A DNA stretch of 32,000 bases from Pseudidiomarina andamanensis (GTDB taxonomy: Bacteria; Pseudomonadota; Gammaproteobacteria; Enterobacterales; Alteromonadaceae), in assembly GCF_009734345.1 (NCBI RefSeq), contig NZ_CP032551.1:870001-902000 (forward strand). The letters run 5' to 3'. A program made the position numbers and the translations under genes. The notes under the pieces were generated by a model that was given only the letters and a program-made list of their open reading frames with translations, searched no databases and was not told the DNA's origin. Below, piece after piece: positions 18,426 through 25,485 of this stretch; the first letter of the stretch is position 1; each line of letters starts with the position of its first letter.

Positions 18426-19793
18426 ATGGCCTCACGTGCTTTATTTGCGCTTACCGCAGCAGCCGCATTCGTACTTGCTAGTTGTTCTAGCACCGCGAAT
18501 AATTCAACTGTCGACACCACTGCTTCGAAGGAGCAATCGCCAAATATCATTTTTATGATTGGCGATGGCATGGGCTTTGAGTTTATCTCAGCCTATCGTT
18601 ATGCCATGAGCCAGCGCGGCACCGGTGAGCTTGCGCCAACGCCATTTGATGATCTGTTGGTGGGCGCAGCAACGACATATCCTGATGATGATACTTGGGT
18701 GACCGATTCAGCCGCTAGTGCAACAGCCTTAGCAACCGGCGTGAAAAGCTACAACGGTGCTATTGGCATTGATGCAGATAAAAACCCAAAACAAACTCTG
18801 ATGGAGTTAGCTCGCGATAAGGGTTGGTCGACCGGTGCTGTTGCTACGGTGCAAGTAAACCATGCCACCCCGGCAAGTTTTTTTACCCATCACCCCTCGC
18901 GCAATCTGTATAACGATATTGCTGATTCTTATGCCCAGCAAGTGAGCGCAGGTGGTTGGAGTTTTGATGTACTTTTAGGTGGCGGTCACAGTTACTTCAA
19001 GCGTGACGATGTGAACTGGTTACCGCAGCTTGAGCAGCAAGGTCTCCAAGTTATTACCGAGCTAGAGCAGCTTGACGACGTATCGGCTAGCCCAGTATTG
19101 GGACTTTTCGCGGACAAAGCACTGCCCTTTGCCATTGATGATCGTCCAGGACGTCTTGCCGAGATGACCAAGCATGCATTGCGGCTTCTTGAAAACCGAT
19201 CTGAGCAAACTGGCAAGCCGTTTGCATTGATGGTTGAAGGTAGCATGATTGATTGGTGTGGACATGCAAATGATATCGCCTGCGCCGTGCATGAAATGGC
19301 GGATTTCGCCGCTGCCGTCGAGGTAGTGCGAGATTATCTTGCTGATAATTCTAATACCTTATTAGTTATTACGGCCGATCATTCAACCGGTGGTTTAACG
19401 TTGGGTCAAGGGGGTGAATATGCTTGGTACTCAGAAAAAGTGATGGGTATTCAAAAATCGGTGGAAGCGATGGCCACTGAGTTAGTGCAACTACCGAAGT
19501 CAGCTTGGCGCGACTACTTAACGCCTGAGTTGAATCTGCCACTAACCGATAGTCAATGGCAACAACTGGAGTCAGTGACCATTGATGAGCAACTCAAAGG
19601 TCGCGACAAACTCAAGCCAGTTCATCAGGTATTAGTGCAGATTATCAGCGAACATACGCGTACCGGTTGGACGACTTCTGGTCATACCGCTGTCGATGTT
19701 CCTGTGATGGCCGTAGGCCCTGGTGCAGAAGCCTTCCGTGGCTACATTGATAACACCGATATTGCTAAAGCCTTATTGAAGCTGGTGCGTTAA
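18426..19793 (+). CDS. phoA: alkaline phosphatase (PhoA family), lipoprotein
   Basis: IFMIGDGMG and the active-site VTDSAASATALATG are present, along with metal ligands near DWCGHAND and ITADHSTGG. The lipobox is VLAS-C. The start is set at the ATG at 18426, with AGGA 8 nt upstream. The ATG at 18417 is possible. The track's TTG at 18393 falls immediately after the predicted -10 (18387-18392), upstream of the likely transcription start. Confidence 0.9.
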   Translation: MASRALFALTAAAAFVLASCSSTANNSTVDTTASKEQSPNIIFMIGDGMGFEFISAYRYAMSQRGTGELAPTPFDDLLVGAATTYPDDDTWVTDSAASATALATGVKSYNGAIGIDADKNPKQTLMELARDKGWSTGAVATVQVNHATPASFFTHHPSRNLYNDIADSYAQQVSAGGWSFDVLLGGGHSYFKRDDVNWLPQLEQQGLQVITELEQLDDVSASPVLGLFADKALPFAIDDRPGRLAEMTKHALRLLENRSEQTGKPFALMVEGSMIDWCGHANDIACAVHEMADFAAAVEVVRDYLADNSNTLLVITADHSTGGLTLGQGGEYAWYSEKVMGIQKSVEAMATELVQLPKSAWRDYLTPELNLPLTDSQWQQLESVTIDEQLKGRDKLKPVHQVLVQIISEHTRTGWTTSGHTAVDVPVMAVGPGAEAFRGYIDNTDIAKALLKLVR

Positions 19794-19803
19794 GCGCACC
19801 AGC
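19781..19803. other. 9-bp perfect hairpin spanning the overlapping stop codons of convergent phoA and the asnB-like gene
   Basis: GCTGGTGCG-TTAAG-CGCACCAGC. The loop contains both stop codons (TAA 19791-19793 on the plus strand, TAA 19792-19790 on the minus strand). There is no flanking U-tract on either strand. Confidence 0.6.
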
Positions 19804-21805
19804 CCAATTCGTTAGCCCGCTGTTGGGCTAACGCTGGCACATCCGTTTTAACAAAATGATGATGGAGAATTTGCACACCTAACATGTGATTAATCACAGC
19901 ATCAAGCTGCACCTTCTCATCAATCGGTACTTCGTCTGACTCATGACGCGCAAAAGTACGTTGCACTTCATCAAAATCAAGTAAGCCCGCTTCTTTCACT
20001 GCATCTTCAGATAAAAACTGTTCCGCAAGTTTCAATACCGCTCGCCACTTCTTCGGATCGGTATGCGCCGGCGGCGCCATAAACGCAAACTTTTCACGCT
20101 TATACAACGTCTCCGGCAACAACCCTTTCATGGCTTCGCGCAGCACATATTTCTCTTTATTGCCTTTAATACGCAGATGCGGCGGTACGGTAAAGGCGTA
20201 TTCAGCAAGGTGATGATCTAAAAACGCAGGTCGTGCCTCCATTGAGTTTGCCATATCGACTCGGTCACCACCCCACGTTAATATCTGCCCTTCTAACATG
20301 GTTTTAATCCACACATATTGCGCGCGGTCGAGTGGATGACGTCCTTTTAACATGGTTTCATCTAATGTCGCGGCAATGGCTTTGCCGGCATCGTATTCTT
20401 GCAGGCCTTCTCGACGCTCGGCTGCAATTAACGGCAGTGCAACATCACCGCATGACAACCAAGGTTGAACGCAGCTTGGCGTGAAACCCATTTTGGCATT
20501 GAATGCAGCGCTTACAAACTCTTCGCGCGCTAACATGGCCCCTTTAAATAGCTTGTTGTTCTTCTCCAACAATTCTTGCCACGCTTTACGTTCGCTATCT
20601 GGTAAATGGTCTAACCCATGTAAAAACATATCTTTGCGAAATGCTGGATAGCCCGCAAAAAGCTCATCTGAACCTTCGCCAGTAAGCACCACCTTGTAGC
20701 CAACTTCGTTTACCTGCTGACTCATCAGGTACTTGGCAACACCCAACGTGTTATAGATGGTGCGCTCGGTATGCCAAATGGTTTTCACGAAATGGTCATA
20801 AAGGTCATCAGCTTTCAAACGCATAATGTGATGATCAGCGCCAGTTGCCTCAGCCATTTCTTGAGCAATAGGCGTCTCATCGTAGTCATCCGAATCAAAG
20901 CCAATGGTAAATGCCTTCACCGAAGTTTGTGTCGCCGCAGCTGACAAGCCAAGAATAGCGCACGAGTCAATGCCACCGGATAAATAGCAACCAACCGGAA
21001 CGTCAGCGGTTAAGCGATGTTGTACCGCCTCTAATAGGTGTTCACGAACGCCGTCAATGTATTGCTGTTCATCCACGTCATCGCCCGGATACTCATGCTC
21101 TAGAGGAAAGTTAACATCCCAGTATTTTGACTCACTTAGCTCAAGTTTGTCGTTTTTGCGAGTCACTTTCACAACATGACCAGGAGCAACCTGTTTTACG
21201 CCTTTGAACGCTGTTGTACCTGGCACCATCACTTGAATTAACTGGTGATATAAACCCTCACTCGAGAACTCACGCTTCACCGATGGATGCGCAAATAGTA
21301 CTTTAAGCTCTGAACCAAATACGACGCCATCTGCTGTTTCGGTGTAATACAGAGGTTTGATACCGAATCGGTCGCGCACTAAATACATGGCGTCTTCATT
21401 ACGATCGTACAAGCCGAATGCGAATTCTCCGCGTAAATGTTTCAGCGTTTCTTCCAGACCTTCACGCGCGTACAAATGCAAGACGATTTCTGAGTCGCTT
21501 TTGCTACGAAAACGAGCACCTTGTGCGGTTAAATCGGCGCGAATACGTTTAAAATCATAAAACTCACCGTTGTGCGCCAATAATAATTGACCACTATCGC
21601 TGACAAACGGTTGCCGCGCGCGATCTTCGTTTAAATCGATAATTGACAATCGCGCGTGGCTGAACCCCACACCCGTGTTGTCGAGAATTTGATAGCCAAA
21701 ACCATCTGGCCCGCGGTGATGCATGATGGCTGCCATATTTACCAAGGTTTGTGCATCTGGCTTCAGCTTGGCATCACGATTAAATATTCCTGCTATTCCA
21801 CACAT
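19790..21805 (-). CDS. asparagine synthetase B-family glutamine-dependent amidotransferase (long form, 671 aa)
   Basis: It has the N-terminal nucleophile MCGIAGIF of an Ntn glutaminase domain (HRGPDG, AHNGEFYD, SDSE). The PP-loop YLSGGIDS is at residues 275-281, followed by TGEGSDELFAGY. It is about 115 aa longer than E. coli AsnB. An AGAGGA Shine-Dalgarno lies 10 nt upstream. Confidence 0.85.
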   Translation of the reverse strand: MCGIAGIFNRDAKLKPDAQTLVNMAAIMHHRGPDGFGYQILDNTGVGFSHARLSIIDLNEDRARQPFVSDSGQLLLAHNGEFYDFKRIRADLTAQGARFRSKSDSEIVLHLYAREGLEETLKHLRGEFAFGLYDRNEDAMYLVRDRFGIKPLYYTETADGVVFGSELKVLFAHPSVKREFSSEGLYHQLIQVMVPGTTAFKGVKQVAPGHVVKVTRKNDKLELSESKYWDVNFPLEHEYPGDDVDEQQYIDGVREHLLEAVQHRLTADVPVGCYLSGGIDSCAILGLSAAATQTSVKAFTIGFDSDDYDETPIAQEMAEATGADHHIMRLKADDLYDHFVKTIWHTERTIYNTLGVAKYLMSQQVNEVGYKVVLTGEGSDELFAGYPAFRKDMFLHGLDHLPDSERKAWQELLEKNNKLFKGAMLAREEFVSAAFNAKMGFTPSCVQPWLSCGDVALPLIAAERREGLQEYDAGKAIAATLDETMLKGRHPLDRAQYVWIKTMLEGQILTWGGDRVDMANSMEARPAFLDHHLAEYAFTVPPHLRIKGNKEKYVLREAMKGLLPETLYKREKFAFMAPPAHTDPKKWRAVLKLAEQFLSEDAVKEAGLLDFDEVQRTFARHESDEVPIDEKVQLDAVINHMLGVQILHHHFVKTDVPALAQQRANELGWCA

Positions 21806-21822
21806 ACTTACTCGGTCCTCTT

Positions 21823-22887
21823 TTATACGACGTCTATGACACGCTCAGCGCGTTCTACCATGCATGTCAAAAGGGCCATGCGTAAAAATACCGCACCACG
21901 CGCTTGGCTGAAGTACCAGTTATGCGTAGTGTGATCGAGATCAGTCGATAACTCCTCGCCACGCGCTAAAGGATGCAGAATAATCGCATCCTCTTTCAAT
22001 GGCGATTTTGCCGTCAAATGAAAGGCGCTACCGTAGGTGTTAAAGGTATCGCCTTCCCACGATATGGCGTTTATATACACCACATCTAAGCTAGATAAGA
22101 CCTCTTCGAGTTCAGTACTCGTTGTAATATGAATGCCTCTCGCTTCAAGTTCTTCCCGTTGACCTACGCCAAATAAATCAGTAGAGCTGGCTTCATCATG
22201 AATGATCACCAACTCTTCCACGGCATGCGGAAACACCGATAAACATTTAAGAAAACTGCGCACGGTACGCATTTTGTTCGGTACGCCAATCACGCCAATG
22301 CGAATCTTTGTGTTATTTGCAGCATCAATAAGTTCTGGTCGCCATTTAAAAATGGCATACATATCCGCAAGCGCTTGCGTCGGGTGCTCATCCACACCAT
22401 TACCCGCATTAATAATGGGAATGCGCAGTGCATCCATCATTTCAAACAACGAACTTTCATTATTATCACGCAACACCACGCAGTCGCCGTAGTTATTGAA
22501 CATTTCAGCAACGTCAGCCAAACACTCACCTTTGGCAATGCCAGTCGTTGAGCGATCGGTGATTGACATAATATCGCCACCGAGGCGATGCCAAGCGCTC
22601 TCAAATGAAAGCCGCGTACGCGTGCTTGGTTCGTAAAATGCGCTAATCAAAATTTTATTTTGTAACGGCGAGCTGAAACGCTTCGGGTTACTTTCAATTT
22701 TTGCTGCTAAGCGAAATAGCTGTTTCATGGTGTCTTGATCAAACTGATCGCCAGACACAATATGCTGATTCGCTAGTTTGACTAAATAGTCACCATCTTC
22801 CTGAATCACCCTGAGCAAGGCTTTCGGATGCGCGTCGCCATAGACATCAGGCCGCTCACGTTCAAATGAGACATCGTTCATATTCAT
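21823..22887 (-). CDS. aspartate carbamoyltransferase-like transcarbamylase paralogue, second substrate unknown
   Basis: 354 aa. FYEPSTRTRLSFE (STRTR = 22612-22626, verified on the DNA), HPTQALAD, MRTVRS and LHPLARGEE match the ATCase catalytic-chain motifs. It also carries a roughly 36-aa N-terminal extension and has the aspartate-site RxQ replaced (see findings). Confidence 0.75.
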   Translation of the reverse strand: MNMNDVSFERERPDVYGDAHPKALLRVIQEDGDYLVKLANQHIVSGDQFDQDTMKQLFRLAAKIESNPKRFSSPLQNKILISAFYEPSTRTRLSFESAWHRLGGDIMSITDRSTTGIAKGECLADVAEMFNNYGDCVVLRDNNESSLFEMMDALRIPIINAGNGVDEHPTQALADMYAIFKWRPELIDAANNTKIRIGVIGVPNKMRTVRSFLKCLSVFPHAVEELVIIHDEASSTDLFGVGQREELEARGIHITTSTELEEVLSSLDVVYINAISWEGDTFNTYGSAFHLTAKSPLKEDAIILHPLARGEELSTDLDHTTHNWYFSQARGAVFLRMALLTCMVERAERVIDVV

Positions 22888-22893
22888 AGTGTG

Positions 22894-23013
22894 TTACCAA
22901 AGTTGTTTAGAAATGAAATCTTTTAACCACAGCGCTATCAAAATGAGCGGCGCCATCGCTGCGAAAATAAGGCAAATCATCACTAACGCGCTAAATTCGG
23001 TTAATCCGAGCAT
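22894..23013 (-). CDS. 39-aa hydrophobic micro-protein (not in the ORF track), possible symporter accessory subunit
   Basis: My translation is MLGLTEFSALVMICLIFAAMAPLILIALWLKDFISKQLW*. The ATG (23013-23011) overlaps the symporter TAA (TAATG). An AGGAG Shine-Dalgarno (23026-23022) lies 8 nt upstream. The TAA (22896-22894) is 6 nt before the ATCase-like ATG. The ORF fills an otherwise unexplained 125-nt gap. Confidence 0.55.
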   Translation of the reverse strand: MLGLTEFSALVMICLIFAAMAPLILIALWLKDFISKQLW

Positions 23014-24440
23014 TACGATGACTCCTGTAATTTGTTCCAATCAAAATTTTGCTTCGAGCGCCAAACACCTATCGCACAAACTGCTGCAGATAGCGCACAG
23101 GCGGTAAGTGCGGCGACATAAAATCCAATTAAAAAATAACTCACAAGGCCAAGCAGTGTGCCGCCAGCCATGGCCACTGCCGCGTATTTCCCAGATAGCT
23201 TATTTTGATATAAGCCGAAAACTATTGGGAAAATCGTACTGGCAACAAACGCACCGGCAAAATTCAATAAGGCGCCCAAAGTGGCAACCTGAGGTAAACA
23301 GAACAGCCAGGTCAACACGCCAATTCCAGCAATACAATAGCGATTAAACGTAAATAATTGCTTGTCGGTTGCCTTTGGGCGTAATTTTTTGTGGTAAAAG
23401 TCTCGCGTTACTAAATCGGATGTTGCTGCAAGTAATGAATCAAGACTAGACGCTAACGCTGAAAAAACCACGATAAACACAACAACGGCACCAACTTTAC
23501 CAAGCACCTCAGCGGCAACCATCGGGCCTACCATATCGGCACTGGGAGGGAAAATGCCTAATTGTGGCGCAGCCAGCGCGATAAATCCGGTGACAATTGG
23601 AATCGGCAGCCAGAGCAAACCACCAAGTAAAAACGCTTTAAACGCAACGTTCCCTTTAAACGCGAGTGCACGAGACCACCACACATTCGAATGAAATATT
23701 TCGCCCAGGCCGAAAAATATATTGTTAAACAGAAACATAATGGCGGCTGGAAACATTAAGTCGAGTAATCGAGGATGATTCTCTGATAATTCGGTATGAA
23801 TACTTTCGAGGCTCACCGTATCAATTAAAAACCAAGCAATACCAACCACCCCGATGATAATGATCAACGCTTGGATAAAATCGGTGGCGATGACCGCACG
23901 TAGACCGCCAAACAAGGTGTAGCCAACGCAGATTACCAGAATAGCCGTCATGCCAATGTGATAATCCAAGCCACTCAACGCTTCGAGTAATATACCTCCC
24001 GCCATACCAAGGCTGACGAGCCAACCGAAGGCATAAACCACCGAAATGACCATAAATACCCACCACGCCGCTCGACCAAAGCGCAGACGGATAAAGTCAC
24101 CTGAGGTATAACCATGCGGCATTAAACGCTTTATACGCGCCGCAAGCGGTGCAAATAGAATAAGTCCCAGTGCGGCAAACGAATACCCCACCATACCCCA
24201 GATACCGAACTGATAGGTCAATTGCGGGGCGACAAGTGTGGTGTTACTGGTCACCCAGGTTGCCATCGCTGTTGCTGCGGCTAATGCGAAGCCCACGTTA
24301 CGCCCCGCTAGCGCAAAATCTTCGTGAGTTTTATTCGCACGCCCTAAATACCAGCCAAATGCTATCCAGAGCAATCCAAAGATCACTACCAAACTGAGCC
24401 CAAGGGTACTATCTAATGCAAAATCTGCAGTTTCACTCAT
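23013..24440 (-). CDS. sodium:solute symporter (SSF) family transporter
   Basis: 475 aa polytopic protein. The N-terminus (DFALAGRNVGFALAAATAMATWVTSNTTL) is typical of PutP/PanF/ActP-type SSF proteins. A GGAG Shine-Dalgarno lies 8 nt upstream, and the ATG overlaps the upstream ORF by 8 nt. Confidence 0.8.
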   Translation of the reverse strand: MSETADFALDSTLGLSLVVIFGLLWIAFGWYLGRANKTHEDFALAGRNVGFALAAATAMATWVTSNTTLVAPQLTYQFGIWGMVGYSFAALGLILFAPLAARIKRLMPHGYTSGDFIRLRFGRAAWWVFMVISVVYAFGWLVSLGMAGGILLEALSGLDYHIGMTAILVICVGYTLFGGLRAVIATDFIQALIIIIGVVGIAWFLIDTVSLESIHTELSENHPRLLDLMFPAAIMFLFNNIFFGLGEIFHSNVWWSRALAFKGNVAFKAFLLGGLLWLPIPIVTGFIALAAPQLGIFPPSADMVGPMVAAEVLGKVGAVVVFIVVFSALASSLDSLLAATSDLVTRDFYHKKLRPKATDKQLFTFNRYCIAGIGVLTWLFCLPQVATLGALLNFAGAFVASTIFPIVFGLYQNKLSGKYAAVAMAGGTLLGLVSYFLIGFYVAALTACALSAAVCAIGVWRSKQNFDWNKLQESS

Positions 24441-24972
24441 GCGCTCGGCTCCGACGATGTTGATGCAGAATGATCACGACGAGAATTGCAAACAGCAGGC
24501 CACCAAGGGCAAACAAGGTTAGCGCTTGTTCTAAAGCGTAGTGATCCACCTGAACGCGCACCACGTTACTTACCTGGTTACTTGACTGAATACTTGGCTG
24601 AGAGTTTTTCGGGCTTAGGCCGCCTGATTCATCCGCAACTGCGCGGATACGAAAGTAGTGATTACCGTCATCGAAGCCGGTGAGTGTCATACGTTGAAAA
24701 TCACCAAACCAAGGATAAGTGCGCTCAATCTCACGAAAATCTTCGTCTGTTGAATACTCAACAATGAAACCTTGAGATGGTGATTCAGATAGGCTCAACA
24801 CAAAATAGCCTTCGCGACTTGATTCTGGCGCAGATAACTCCGGTAGCGAGCTGTTCGCCAAATTGGATGGGTTGGTTTGGGAAGATAAAACGTAGGCAGA
24901 AGCGGGTCGCGCAAGCAGCGTGATGAGTAACAACAAAGCAATGTTTATAACGAACCTTGCGCGGTCTGGCAC
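24433..24972 (-). CDS. bitopic membrane protein: signal peptide, beta-rich (FN3/Ig-like by pattern) periplasmic domain, C-terminal TM anchor
   Basis: 179 aa from a GTG start with AGGAAGGA upstream. The signal peptide is INIALLLLITLLARPASA-Y. The pattern GYFVLSLSESPSQGFIVEYSTDEDF...LTGFDDGNHYFRIRAV looks FN3-like. The C-terminus has a TM helix (LTLFALGGLLFAILVVIIL) followed by HQHRRSRAHE. I recognise no family. Confidence 0.6.
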   Translation of the reverse strand: MPDRARFVINIALLLLITLLARPASAYVLSSQTNPSNLANSSLPELSAPESSREGYFVLSLSESPSQGFIVEYSTDEDFREIERTYPWFGDFQRMTLTGFDDGNHYFRIRAVADESGGLSPKNSQPSIQSSNQVSNVVRVQVDHYALEQALTLFALGGLLFAILVVIILHQHRRSRAHE

Positions 24973-25068
24973 AATTCCTTCCTGTAGCCCTTTGTTCCTA
25001 GGCTACCAAGTGAGGAAAATCATTTCAACTTAAGGTATGCTCACAAGCAATGTCGTTTAGGGAATGTT

Positions 25069-25485
25069 ATGCATCCGATTTATTTATGTAGCATGGGCGC
25101 CAATATCGCGCCAGAAAGCAATTTTGCTGCCGCTCGCGAGTCGATCTCAGAGCTGGGCAAAGCTTATTATTCACGCGCTATCTATACACAACCCGTTGAT
25201 ATGCGCAGTGACCATGACTTCCTCAATGCCCTATTTTTAATCGTTTCACCGTTAGACAGTATTGCTCTCAAAAAGCGGTTCAACGCTATCGAGATTAGTC
25301 TGGGGCGAGATCGTGATGATCCGCTTAGTAGTAAAAAAGATCGCCCAATGGATATCGACATTTTGGGTGAGCTGAACTCTGACCTAGTGTGGCAAGAAGT
25401 ACCTGACTATTTGCAAGAAGTCGTTCCAAACCTTAAACCAATCGCTGATAAACTTGTTCAAACGCAAGGGGCATTACATGACTAA
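25069..25485 (+). CDS. divergent, short HPPK-like protein (FolK fold)
   Basis: 138 aa. By eye it aligns to E. coli FolK: YLCSMGANI / YIAIGSNL; YSRAIYTQP / SSFYRTPP; DFLNALFLI / DYLNAAVAL; IEISLGRDR...DRPMDIDIL / IELQQGRVR...PRTLDLDIM. Confidence 0.6.
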   Translation: MHPIYLCSMGANIAPESNFAAARESISELGKAYYSRAIYTQPVDMRSDHDFLNALFLIVSPLDSIALKKRFNAIEISLGRDRDDPLSSKKDRPMDIDILGELNSDLVWQEVPDYLQEVVPNLKPIADKLVQTQGALHD

